Of a stretch of 64,000 nt of DNA, positions 48,262 through 58,007 are shown one piece after another (position 1 is the first letter of the stretch; every line of letters starts with the position of its first letter). Location of the stretch: positions 4,224,001 through 4,288,000 of the forward strand of contig OZ241917.1 in assembly GCA_965203805.1 (NCBI GenBank), written 5' to 3'. Position numbers and translations under genes: made by a program. The notes beneath the pieces are model-generated. The model had not been told where the DNA came from, did no database searches, and worked only from the letters and a program-made list of their open reading frames with translations. The stretch is from Candidatus Latescibacterota bacterium (GTDB taxonomy: Bacteria > Latescibacterota > UBA2968 > GCA-2709665).

Positions 48262-48366
48262 ATGGAACCCGACAAGCCGCCGTGGGAGGAAACATACCGC
48301 GCCATGGCTGCCGCCGGCGAAGACTGGGGCGATTTCGACTCAACGGTAGCAGATGGTCTGGATTGA
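48262..48366 (+). pseudogene. 34-aa remnant resembling the C-terminus of AbrB/MazE-type antitoxins
   Basis: MEPDKPPWEETYRAMAAAGEDWGDFDSTVADGLD. Confidence 0.5.
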
Positions 48367-48499
48367 TGTATGGATTTCCCAGGCGATGCCTGAATGACTG
48401 CGTCGACGAGACTGGATCGCGACTCTCTGCGGCTTGAAGTTCCAAAGAATCTGTATACTATCCGTAGGGATATGGAATAACCTGCCATATGGAGGAAAC

Positions 48500-48784
48500 A
48501 TGATCCGACCAACCGATGTCGAGCCGCGAAGTGGCCACCGAATCTGGCTTCGCTTCTCGGACGGCGCGGCCGGAGAAATCGACCTGTCTGATCTCGCCGG
48601 GCGCGGTGTCTTCTGGTCCTGGAACAGCCGGACGTTCTTTGAAACTGTACATATTACGAAGAACGGAAGCATCGCCTGGGGTAAGGACGTGGAACTTTGT
48701 CCGGATGCTCTCTATTTGCGGCTTACCGGCAAATCCGTTGAAGATGTAATGCCGGATGCAAAGGCGCTGTTGGAAGATGCCTGA
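48500..48784 (+). CDS. DUF2442 family antitoxin-like protein
   Basis: IWLRFSDG..IDL..GVF..IAWG..ELCPDALY; GGAGG RBS. Confidence 0.85.
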   Translation: MIRPTDVEPRSGHRIWLRFSDGAAGEIDLSDLAGRGVFWSWNSRTFFETVHITKNGSIAWGKDVELCPDALYLRLTGKSVEDVMPDAKALLEDA

Positions 48785-48951
48785 ACTTTGTCGCTCCCGC
48801 GGGCTTAACATTGCAGACCTCACGGCGGATTCTGGATGTGTTGTGCGAAAGGGATGTCCTGCAGGTGTTTCATCAGGGCAGGGGCCGTAAGGCAGCCGTT
48901 CTTGTGTTTTCCGAACTGCTGAACGTTGCGGAAGGCAGAAAGGTGTTTTGA
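48777..48951 (+). pseudogene. Chimeric remnant: DUF4160-like 5' end (MPELCR) joined to a Fic 3' end
   Basis: 48826-48951 encodes RILDVLCERDVLQVFHQGRGRKAAVLVFSELLNVAEGRKVF*, a near copy of the Fic C-terminus at 52151-52276. Confidence 0.75.
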
Positions 48952-49041
48952 CGGCCAATCATGTCCCACAATGCCATTTGTTGGTCAATAACGATAATAA
49001 GTGGCCAATAAGCTCATCTGTCGGCAATGGGTGGCCGACAA
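48948..49041 (+). repeat. 94-bp triple-hairpin repeat, copy 1
   Basis: Alternating TTGTYGGYCA / TGRCCRACAA decamers. Confidence 0.8.
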
Positions 49042-49147
49042 CAACTGTCGATTCCGTCGAGTGCCCAAACGGTACCTATTGACGTGAATCCGTGAAATAA
49101 GACTCGATTTGTTATCGTTTCGGTAGAAAATCCGAAGGGAGTTCTCT

Positions 49148-50344
49148 ATGGATGGCAAGAGGCTGTTTCGAACAATTCGTCTGGACAACATATTGTCCTA
49201 CGGTTCCTGGGACGGCGAGTTTCAACTTGAGCCGTTAAATGTCCTGATCGGGCCGAATGCATCGGGAAAGTCAAACCTCATAGAAGTAATATCTCTACTC
49301 GCTGCCGCGCCTGGTGGGGATCTTCAGGCACCGATTCGCGAGGGAGGAGGCGTTATCGAGTGGCTATGGAAGGGAGCCACTCGCCTGGGCACGGCAATGA
49401 TCGACGTAACCGTCGAATTTCCGGATAACCGACCGCTCAGATACCGGCTGAGGTTCACTGAGACTGCGTCACGGTTCGAACTCGTGGGTGAGGCAATCGG
49501 GAATGATAGGCCTAAAAAAAAGAACGAAGATCCATTTCCTTTCTATCGAAATCAGGGGGGACGGGCGAGGCTCAGCGTGTTGTCTCCGGATGAGTCTCGG
49601 TCCAATCAACCCCTTACGCAGGAAGAGTTAAGTCAGGAACAGTCGATTCTCTCCCAGCGTCGCGATCCCAACACCTATCCAGAATTAACCTATCTGGCTC
49701 ACGCATTCGAACGTATACGCTTTTATCGAGATTGCAACTTCGGGCGCTCGAGTCCGCCCCGACTACCGCAACAAGCCGACATGCGGCAGGACATTGTGCT
49801 GGAGGACGCCTCGAATATTGGATTGGTTCTGAACAGCTTGCTAAATCAACCACCCGTTAAACGCCAGATCATGGATCGCTTACGGGCTTTTCACCAGTCG
49901 ATCGAGGACATTCTCTGCGTCTTTCACAGTAATACTGTCCAGATATTCTTTCACGAAGAAGGTTTGCATCACTCGATACCCGCCACACGGCTATCCGACG
50001 GGAGCTTGCGCTACCTTTGCCTCCTGGTACTACTGTGTGATCCCAATCCGCCGCCGGTTGTCTGCATCGAGGAACCGGAGATCGGCCTGCACCCGGACGT
50101 AATCCCGGAGTTGGCGGGGCTATTGGTTGAGGCGTCTTCCCGCTGCCAGATATTCGTGACAACGCACTCCGATATTCTCATTGATGCACTCACCGACACC
50201 CCGGAAGCCGTGATTGTCTGTGAGAAGTCAGAGGGAGCGACCAAACTTCGACGGCTGGACGCCTCGGAACTCGAGCTATGGCTTAAGGATTACCGACTCG
50301 GAGAGCTATGGATAAATGGGGAAATCGGAGGCAACCGGTGGTGA
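49148..50344 (+). CDS. ABC-type (AAA_21) ATPase
   Basis: GPNASGKSN, LSDGS, IEEPE, TTHS. Confidence 0.9.
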   Translation: MDGKRLFRTIRLDNILSYGSWDGEFQLEPLNVLIGPNASGKSNLIEVISLLAAAPGGDLQAPIREGGGVIEWLWKGATRLGTAMIDVTVEFPDNRPLRYRLRFTETASRFELVGEAIGNDRPKKKNEDPFPFYRNQGGRARLSVLSPDESRSNQPLTQEELSQEQSILSQRRDPNTYPELTYLAHAFERIRFYRDCNFGRSSPPRLPQQADMRQDIVLEDASNIGLVLNSLLNQPPVKRQIMDRLRAFHQSIEDILCVFHSNTVQIFFHEEGLHHSIPATRLSDGSLRYLCLLVLLCDPNPPPVVCIEEPEIGLHPDVIPELAGLLVEASSRCQIFVTTHSDILIDALTDTPEAVIVCEKSEGATKLRRLDASELELWLKDYRLGELWINGEIGGNRW

Positions 50345-50961
50345 AAATAAAGGTGTACGTGGAAGGCGGTGGCTATAGAAAGACCACAAGCAGCGCTTGT
50401 CGCAGGGGCTTTATTAGATTCATTGAGAGATCCGGATTGCAGGGAGAGATGCCGAAAATTGTTGCCTCCGGCAGTCGTACGAACACGTTCAGACGTTTTG
50501 CAAAGAGAAGCAAAGACGCTGCAAATGAAGAAGAATACGCTCTGCTCTTATTGGACGCTGAGGGGCCGCTCAGGAAACCCCAGCCGTGGCAACATCTCAA
50601 GGAATGTGACGGTTGGAATCCTCCCGAAGACACGAAGGAATATCAATGCCATTTGATGGTGCAAGCGATGGAATCATGGTTTCTTGCAGATCGTGCATCG
50701 CTTATGGAATTCTACGGTCAGGGTTTTCTGTCAAACGCGCTACCGCAGAATCCGCAGATTGAGGAAGTCCCCAAAGGCGATGTCATCAATGGAATACGCG
50801 GCGCTACCAGAAGTACCACAAAAGGACGATATGACAAGGGGTCCCATAGTTTCGAGATCCTCGCGAAGATAGATCCAGGAAAGGTTATGGCTGCGTCGGA
50901 CCACGCAAGACGATTTATCAACGTGCTGGTGGGGCTTGCGGAAGGCAGGGAAGTATTTTGA
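50341..50961 (+). CDS. DUF4276 family (TOPRIM-like) partner protein
   Basis: VYVEGGG, LLDAE, MVQAMESWFLAD, YDKG; overlaps the ATPase stop. Confidence 0.8.
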   Translation: MKIKVYVEGGGYRKTTSSACRRGFIRFIERSGLQGEMPKIVASGSRTNTFRRFAKRSKDAANEEEYALLLLDAEGPLRKPQPWQHLKECDGWNPPEDTKEYQCHLMVQAMESWFLADRASLMEFYGQGFLSNALPQNPQIEEVPKGDVINGIRGATRSTTKGRYDKGSHSFEILAKIDPGKVMAASDHARRFINVLVGLAEGREVF

Positions 50962-51051
50962 CGGTCACTTATGTCCAACAACGCCACTTGTTGGCCAATA
51001 TCGAGAGAAAGTGGCAAACAAACTCATTTGTCGGCCATTGATGACCGACAA
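50958..51051 (+). repeat. 94-bp triple-hairpin repeat, copy 2
   Basis: Direct repeat of copy 1, 2010 bp downstream. Confidence 0.8.
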
Positions 51052-51163
51052 CGACCGTTTTATACCGAGCCAGCGGACATGGTACCCTGCCTTTTCCACA
51101 AAAGCGCCGCGATTTCACCCCGGGTTGCGGCCAACACACGCAACGAAAGCTTGGAGGCAATTA

Positions 51164-52276
51164 ATGGCGCCAGTACAATACCATGCCGGCCGGTTCCCTC
51201 CCGATAATCTCGACTGGCCAGCGCTTATTCCACTCATTGGTCCTGCTGCGACGGCTGTGGCACGTTACGACGGTACTCTCGCTGCGACTCCTAACGCCGA
51301 TATTCTGCTCGCGCCACTCACCACGCAGGAAGCTGTCCTCTCCTCTCGCATCGAGGGTACTCAGGCCACCATGGGCGAGGTGCTGCAGTTCGAGGCCGGT
51401 CGGGAGCCAGATTCTCCGACACGCCGTGAAGATATCCACGAAGTGATCAACTATCGCATCGCCATGCGGCGGGCGGAAGAAATGCTGGACAAGATACCTC
51501 TTTCCCTTCGGGTGGTCCGAGAAGCCCATAGAATGTTGCTTGCCGGGGTGAGGGGAGAGGGTCAGTCGCCGGGCGATTTTCGTCGCGTTCCCAACTGGAT
51601 CGGTCCGCCTGGATGCTCGATCGAACAAGCCACGTTTGTGCCGATAGGCGCAGACATGCTTCCCGAGGCCATGAGTTCTTGGGAACGATATATCCACTGC
51701 GAAGCGCCAGATCAACTAGTACAACTGGCGATTCTGCATGCCGAATTCGAAGCCCTTCACCCGTTTCTGGATGGCAACGGACGCCTCGGGCGCATGCTGG
51801 TGCCGCTGTTCTTGTGGCAGTGTGGCCTCATCAGAGCTCCCATGTTTTACATCAGCGCTTACTTCGAAGCCCACCGAGACGCGTACTATGACAGCCTGCT
51901 TGCCGTGTCCCGCGACAACGACTGGACGGGATGGTGCGGGTTTTTTCTTGAGGCGGTTCGAGTGCAAGCCCAGGACAACCTTACAAAGGCGCAGGGCATC
52001 ATTGACCTGTATGAGGAAATGAAGCGGCGTGTCGCCGATCTAACCCGCTCCCGCTACGCAGTGCATGCATTGGACTGGATTTTTGAACGTCCGATTTTCC
52101 GAAGTTCTGACTTTGCGGCTTCCGCAGGCTTTACTCATCGCACCGCGCGCCGGATTCTGGATGTCTTGTGCGAAGGGGATGTACTGAAGGTGTTTCATCA
52201 GGGCAGGGGCCGCAAGGCAGCAGTCCTTGCGTTTCCCGAACTCATAAACGTTGCAGAAGGCAGAGACGTATTTTGA
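51164..52276 (+). CDS. Fic family protein (class II, with inhibitory motif)
   Basis: HPFLDGNGRLGR, SSRIEG; GGAGG RBS. Confidence 0.9.
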   Translation: MAPVQYHAGRFPPDNLDWPALIPLIGPAATAVARYDGTLAATPNADILLAPLTTQEAVLSSRIEGTQATMGEVLQFEAGREPDSPTRREDIHEVINYRIAMRRAEEMLDKIPLSLRVVREAHRMLLAGVRGEGQSPGDFRRVPNWIGPPGCSIEQATFVPIGADMLPEAMSSWERYIHCEAPDQLVQLAILHAEFEALHPFLDGNGRLGRMLVPLFLWQCGLIRAPMFYISAYFEAHRDAYYDSLLAVSRDNDWTGWCGFFLEAVRVQAQDNLTKAQGIIDLYEEMKRRVADLTRSRYAVHALDWIFERPIFRSSDFAASAGFTHRTARRILDVLCEGDVLKVFHQGRGRKAAVLAFPELINVAEGRDVF

Positions 52277-52366
52277 CGGTCACTTATGTCCCACAACGCC
52301 ATTTGTTGGCCAATATCGAAATAAAGTGGCCAACAAACTCATTTGTCGGTCATAGATGTCCGACAA
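52273..52366 (+). repeat. 94-bp triple-hairpin repeat, copy 3
   Basis: ttgacggtcacttatgtcccacaa..ttgttggcca..tggccaacaa..ttgtcggtca..tgtccgacaa. Confidence 0.8.
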
Positions 52367-52424
52367 CGAATTGATTTCTCGGCGCGTCGCCATGGGTTGG
52401 CAATCGGGACGGACGAAGAGTGCG

Positions 52425-52518
52425 TTGACGGTCACTTTTGTCCCACAAACTCAGTTGTCAGACAAAAATGGTGATAAGTGACCAACAAAATACGTTGTCG
52501 GCCATCGATGACCGGCAA
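52425..52518 (+). repeat. 94-bp triple-hairpin repeat, copy 4
   Basis: Same length and decamer layout. Confidence 0.75.
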
Positions 52519-52654
52519 CGGCCGTCTATTCATCAGGAGTTGATTTGTCCTACACAGCAGCAGGCGTCCGTGATGTCCCGTGTGATTAAATCGACACACA
52601 AACTCCGTCAACATCCGTCAATCCGGATTCACAGAATAGAGAGAACACTCCCGA

Positions 52655-55453
52655 ATGCGTCTATCCTGGAATGAAATCCGAGCTCGAGCGGCCCGATTTG
52701 CTGAGGAATGGAAGGATTCGGGGTACGAAAAGGGTGAGACCCAGAGTTTCTACAACGAATTCTTTGAGATCTTCGGCGTGAAACGCCGCACGGTCGCACG
52801 CTACGAGGAACACGTTCAACGTCTGGATGACTCCAGTGGATTCATCGATCTCTTCTGGCCGGGCGTATTGCTTGTCGAGCAGAAGAGTGCGGGCGTCAGC
52901 CTGAAGAAGGCACGAGAACAGGCGGACGCCTATTTCGACGCGCTGCAGGAGCACGAGAGGCCGCGTTACCAGTTACAGTGCGACTTCCAGACTTTCGATC
53001 TAATTGACCGGGATGAACGCGAGGAAGTGCGTTTCGCCCTGGCCGACCTTCCTGACCATGTCGAGAAGTTCGGCTTTATCCTCGGTGTTCAGAAGCGGAC
53101 CTTTAAGGACCAGGATCCGGTCAACATCGCTGCGGCCGAACGCGTCGGCCTTCTCCACGACGCGCTGGCGGCTTCCGGCTACACCGGACACGACCTGGAG
53201 CAATTCCTGGTTCGCATTGTTTTTTGCTTTTTTGCGGACGACACCGGCATCTTCGAACCGCGCGACATCTTTCTCGATTACCTGGAAAACCGTACGAGTG
53301 CTGACGGGACGGATGTCGGAAGCCGCCTTATGCACCTGTTCCAGGTTCTCAACACCCACCAAGAACATCGCCCTACCACGCTCGATGAAGACCTCGACCG
53401 CTTCCCATACGTCAACGGCGAGCTATTTCGTGACCCATTACCCATCCCGTCATTCAATTCTGAGATGCGCGACAGGCTAATAGACGCATGTAACTTCAAT
53501 TGGTCGAACATTTCTCCGGCGATATTCGGGTCGTTATTCCAGTCGGTTATGGACACGAACGAACGACGCCGACAAGGCGCACATTATACCACAGAGCAGA
53601 ACATCCTAAAGGTAATCGAACCCCTCTTCCTGGACGATCTGCGAGCGGAATTTCAACGCCTGAAGGCACGCCGGGACACCCGTCGCATTCCCGATCTGAT
53701 CGCCTTTCAGCAGCGACTCGGAAACCTTCGTTTTCTTGATCCGGCTTGCGGATGCGGGAATTTCCTGATCATCGCCTACAGGGAATTGCGCGAGTTGGAA
53801 ATCGAGGTCCTCAAGGAGATTCGCCCAAAGCGGCAGGTCGACGCTTTTGCAGAGTTGCTTTCGGTGGTAGACGTCGATCAGTTTTACGGTATTGACATAG
53901 GAGAGTTTCCGGCACACATCGCCAGAGTCGCGTTGTGGATGATGGATCATATCATGAATAATCGCCTCAGCCTCGAGTTCGGTCAGACCTACACCCGCAT
54001 TCCACTCGAGAAGTCGCCGCACATCCGGCAGGGAGACGCGCTCGAAATTGATTGGGGGAAACAGCTTCCGCCGGAACAATGTTCATATGTGCTGGGCAAT
54101 CCGCCGTTCGTGGGTGCCAAGTTCCAATCTCAGCTACAACGGGAACAGGTGAGGAGAATTGCCGCGCTGGGGAAGAGCGGCGGCACGCTCGACTATGTGA
54201 CTGCGTGGTTCATCAAGGCTGGGGAATACGTGAAGAATAGCGCGGCACGAATCGGTTTTGTGGCGACAAATTCCATCACGCAGGGCGAACAGGTCGCGCA
54301 ACTCTGGCCGATTCTGTTCGAGCGGCACAAACTGGATATCACATTCGCGCATCGTACGTTTGCGTGGGGATCGGACGCTCGCGGCATGGCGCACGTCCAC
54401 GTCGTCGTCATTGGATTGTCAAAACGTGACGATTCGCCGCGGCAAAAACGTCTGTTTTCCTACGAAACCCCGAAGAGTGATCCGCAACAGAGCCAACACC
54501 ACGCCCTGTCGCCCTACCTTTTCGACGCGGGAGGTTTGACGGATCCCAAAACGGTAGTAAAGGAAACGGCACACCCCTTGAATGGACTTCCGGCCTTGTT
54601 AAGCGGCTCGCAACCCATCGATAATGGAAACTACATTTTCAATGCCGATCAAAGGGTCGCGTTCCTTGCAGAAGAACCAGAGGCGGAGAAATTTATGCGA
54701 CCGTATGTCGGCGCACGTGAGCACATTCAAGGCCGAGAACGGTGGATTTTGGCTCTTCATGACGCGAGCCCCGCCGAACTCAAGGCGATGCCGAATGTCA
54801 TTGAGCGCATGAGAGCCGTCAAGGCGTTTAGGGCGAAAAGTAAACGCAAGAGCACCCTCGCCATTGCCGGCTATCCGGCGCAATACAACGTTAATGTCGT
54901 ACCTACCGCACCGTTCTTAGTCGTTCCAGAGGTAAGTTCCGAACGTCGAGAATACATCCCGATCGCTTGGCTGCAGCCGCCGGTAATTCCGAGTAATCTC
55001 GTCCGCATTGTCGAGAACGCCAGCAAACACTTATTCGCACTTCTCACTTCTGCAATGCACGTTGGATGGATGCGCAATATTGGCGGGCGATTGGAGAGCC
55101 GTTACCGATATTCTATCGGTCTGGTCTACAATACCTTTCCCCTACCACCGGTACCGCCAGAACGCCTGAAACGCCTTGAAACCCACGCCGACGCCGTTCT
55201 ATCCGCTCGCGCGAATCATCCTGACTCGACACTGGCAGACCTGTACGACCCAGACTTGATGCCTGCCGATCTCCGCAAAGCCCATCAGGCGCTGGACCGC
55301 GCCGTCGATAGGCTATACCGGCGCACTGGCTTCACCTCCGAGCGCGAACGTGTGGAACATCTCCTCGGGCTATATGAAAAAATGGTCGCGCCGCTTGCGG
55401 CAAAGGCGAAACCGAAGCGACGGCGAAGGGGTAGACAAGTGCCTGAAGAATGA
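52655..55453 (+). CDS. MmeI-like type IIL restriction-modification enzyme (endonuclease + m6A MTase + TRD)
   Basis: IDLFWPG..VEQKS, GAHYT, FLDPACGCGNF, GNPPF, TLADLYDP. Confidence 0.92.
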   Translation: MRLSWNEIRARAARFAEEWKDSGYEKGETQSFYNEFFEIFGVKRRTVARYEEHVQRLDDSSGFIDLFWPGVLLVEQKSAGVSLKKAREQADAYFDALQEHERPRYQLQCDFQTFDLIDRDEREEVRFALADLPDHVEKFGFILGVQKRTFKDQDPVNIAAAERVGLLHDALAASGYTGHDLEQFLVRIVFCFFADDTGIFEPRDIFLDYLENRTSADGTDVGSRLMHLFQVLNTHQEHRPTTLDEDLDRFPYVNGELFRDPLPIPSFNSEMRDRLIDACNFNWSNISPAIFGSLFQSVMDTNERRRQGAHYTTEQNILKVIEPLFLDDLRAEFQRLKARRDTRRIPDLIAFQQRLGNLRFLDPACGCGNFLIIAYRELRELEIEVLKEIRPKRQVDAFAELLSVVDVDQFYGIDIGEFPAHIARVALWMMDHIMNNRLSLEFGQTYTRIPLEKSPHIRQGDALEIDWGKQLPPEQCSYVLGNPPFVGAKFQSQLQREQVRRIAALGKSGGTLDYVTAWFIKAGEYVKNSAARIGFVATNSITQGEQVAQLWPILFERHKLDITFAHRTFAWGSDARGMAHVHVVVIGLSKRDDSPRQKRLFSYETPKSDPQQSQHHALSPYLFDAGGLTDPKTVVKETAHPLNGLPALLSGSQPIDNGNYIFNADQRVAFLAEEPEAEKFMRPYVGAREHIQGRERWILALHDASPAELKAMPNVIERMRAVKAFRAKSKRKSTLAIAGYPAQYNVNVVPTAPFLVVPEVSSERREYIPIAWLQPPVIPSNLVRIVENASKHLFALLTSAMHVGWMRNIGGRLESRYRYSIGLVYNTFPLPPVPPERLKRLETHADAVLSARANHPDSTLADLYDPDLMPADLRKAHQALDRAVDRLYRRTGFTSERERVEHLLGLYEKMVAPLAAKAKPKRRRRGRQVPEE

Positions 55454-55635
55454 GAGCTATACAGGTCGTTAACGCCGAGCTTTCTTTATTCACGGTAGTT
55501 CGAAAACCCTGATGGATCACGTCTCAAAGGAGGTGGTTAAAAAGTGACAAAAGGGGTACACAGATAAAATCAATATATCCGTAGTCAAAATCAAAATTTC
55601 AGAACTGGCTCTCGCGTAAATAGGACGTACATGCG

Positions 55636-56535
55636 ATGACATACTCCGTGGTACAATACGCAAATACGGGAAGTGGAAAAATCACTGTGGGTGAATCTGG
55701 ACTTTGCAGATATTGCCAAAAAGAAAAACCAGAAGTTTCATTCTCAAACAGAGCCCATGCGATACCTCAGTTTATTGGCAATAACGAGATATTTTCTAAA
55801 GATGAATGCAACTCCTGCAATAAGTTCTTCGGAGCCGGGTACGATGATGATTTATCCAAATATCTCGGGGGAAGACGTACCGTTTCGCAAATGCGAGGGA
55901 GGACTGGTATTCCAAGTTACAAGACACATACGGAACTGTCGAGAATTGATGTAAATAAGTCCGGCATGAGAATGTTGGGTACCGAAGGTGACGACACAAT
56001 TCACTTAAACGAGGAATCAAACACTGTGGGCATCAAAATACGAAAGCAACCATACTCACCGTTGGGTGTGTATAAGTCTTTCCTCAAGATGGCCATCGCC
56101 TTGGCTCCTCGAACTCTCTTGTCGCCGCTTGACGTCACCAGGCAGTTTCTGATGCGAAAAGATAATATTAGATGCCCATGCTTTAGGCCCTTTTTGATAG
56201 AGACCTTCATCCCTGGACCATTGAACAACGAGTTATTCACGATGCTCTTGAAAAGATCAGAAGAGGTGGACATTCCATCACTGATGTTTCTTCTTTATGT
56301 ATCCAACTACTGCTTTCAAATAGTAGTGCCCTGCCCTGAATTGGATCAAAAGCTCGCTGGCCAGGACGTAAGGGTTCCCAGAATTACCCATCCGCTTGAA
56401 CATATGAATCATCCCTATGGCTCCTCGATATCACGAAAAGTTGATCTTTCGCAATTGGAGAAGGTTCGGGATCAATACGAAATCATTACGATGCACTATG
56501 ACCGTATTGTGCCCGAATGTACCGATACACAATGA
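55636..56535 (+). CDS. HNH endonuclease-domain protein
   Basis: CRYC..AHAIP..IGN..ECNSCN. Confidence 0.75.
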   Translation: MTYSVVQYANTGSGKITVGESGLCRYCQKEKPEVSFSNRAHAIPQFIGNNEIFSKDECNSCNKFFGAGYDDDLSKYLGGRRTVSQMRGRTGIPSYKTHTELSRIDVNKSGMRMLGTEGDDTIHLNEESNTVGIKIRKQPYSPLGVYKSFLKMAIALAPRTLLSPLDVTRQFLMRKDNIRCPCFRPFLIETFIPGPLNNELFTMLLKRSEEVDIPSLMFLLYVSNYCFQIVVPCPELDQKLAGQDVRVPRITHPLEHMNHPYGSSISRKVDLSQLEKVRDQYEIITMHYDRIVPECTDTQ

Positions 56536-56722
56536 GATAATTTCAACTCAGCTTTTATTGTTATAAATTCGGCGATGGGGGAGGGCATGAAATGCCAGAG
56601 AGAATGAATATATGAGACGATGGTAGGTGGAAATCGATGGTGATGGACGGGCGTAGACGGACGTCCAAGACCGAACCGAAAGCACAGGATTCGATGTAGG
56701 ATGCGAAACAATCGAGAACGAG

Positions 56723-57844
56723 ATGGAAATATCCGCTGAAATCGACCTTGGAAATCCACCAGCCGGCTACGTTCTTACATCTGGCAGAAAAGGCGAACAC
56801 GCTAAGGTCGCCTACCGTGAATTCACATCGACTGAGGACGGCCAACATTTCACTCTAAGGCTTGAAGGGTGGCCGAACAATATTCTAAATCGTCTGCCGT
56901 CACAAATTCGGCCGTCGGAAGTGGATCACATGCTTGCGATTTGCTATAGTGACGGCAGGGCGAATGTTTTCGTGAACAATCTTGAATTATCTGCTATGGC
57001 TCGTTTTAAGAGAACGATCCCATCAGGTTCCCCAATCAGTAGAGAGGACTACGCCGATGTGGAGCGACTTGAACTTGGCGTGCCCGTACCCACTGATGCT
57101 GGCTTCGTGTTCGTCTTTTCCGTCGGATGGCGAAAGGGGCTTTTTTACGATTTCGGCCCGATAGCCGGACCAGATCCTCCTCCGCGGCGATTTGACATAG
57201 GCGCAGTCTTGGGCCAAGCGTATTGTCATGTGTTATTTCAGGAAAGGTTTAGCATTTCCGATGCAGAATGGGACGCATTGTTGGAGGCACAATGGTTCCC
57301 ATTTGTCGGCCTTCGCCACGAGAGGATCGATGCCCTCATTGGTCATATTCGATCAGGATGGAATCTAGATGAAGAACTCGATAGAATCGTCTCGGAAACA
57401 AAGGTACAAGTAAGACAAATGCTGGATATCTGGCGTACCAAAACCTCATTTCGACCCCATATGAGGATCCTTGAACGTGCTGTCGAACGATTTCAAAGCG
57501 ACGATCACATTAGTTGTACCGGATTATTGATCCCTCGTATAGAGGGGATCCTACGCACTCATCACGCAAGTCTTGGTACTCAGGCGCCTCCATCCGCCAG
57601 CAACTTAACGCGTTCGGCGGTGGCGTCCAAATCCCAGAGTGACAGGAGGTTGTTGTTGCCGCTTCGTTTCTCAAAATACCTTCAGGGCGTATACTTTGCA
57701 GATTTCAAGCCTAATGTCAAGGATATCGACGTGTCGAGACACAGTGTTGCACACGGTGTTGCGGATGCAGGGAAGTTCGATCAGAAATCTGCAGTTGTCG
57801 GTATACTCACGGTTCATCAGTTGTCTTACTTCCTCCAAGACTGA
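56723..57844 (+). CDS. Hypothetical protein with C-terminal HEPN-like motif
   Basis: PRIEGIL..SRHSVAHG (Rx4H). Confidence 0.55.
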   Translation: MEISAEIDLGNPPAGYVLTSGRKGEHAKVAYREFTSTEDGQHFTLRLEGWPNNILNRLPSQIRPSEVDHMLAICYSDGRANVFVNNLELSAMARFKRTIPSGSPISREDYADVERLELGVPVPTDAGFVFVFSVGWRKGLFYDFGPIAGPDPPPRRFDIGAVLGQAYCHVLFQERFSISDAEWDALLEAQWFPFVGLRHERIDALIGHIRSGWNLDEELDRIVSETKVQVRQMLDIWRTKTSFRPHMRILERAVERFQSDDHISCTGLLIPRIEGILRTHHASLGTQAPPSASNLTRSAVASKSQSDRRLLLPLRFSKYLQGVYFADFKPNVKDIDVSRHSVAHGVADAGKFDQKSAVVGILTVHQLSYFLQD

Positions 57845-58007
57845 GTATCCAGCAGGGTAAGGAGGTACAATGGTGAGCGCATTGTTGCAGTAGAACATGC
57901 AACGATTGGCTGAAATCCTCGGTGCTCGAACCTCATGCACCGAGTATATTAGATACCGCGCTGTGGTTTGGCGATGCAAAAACAACAACCGGAACTGGGA
58001 CGATCGC

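Noticed and set aside
48948-52518. 94-bp repeats as a CRISPR array or integron attC sites
   Set aside because: Repeats are too long and spacing is gene-sized; no cas or intI genes; no attC core-site ends.
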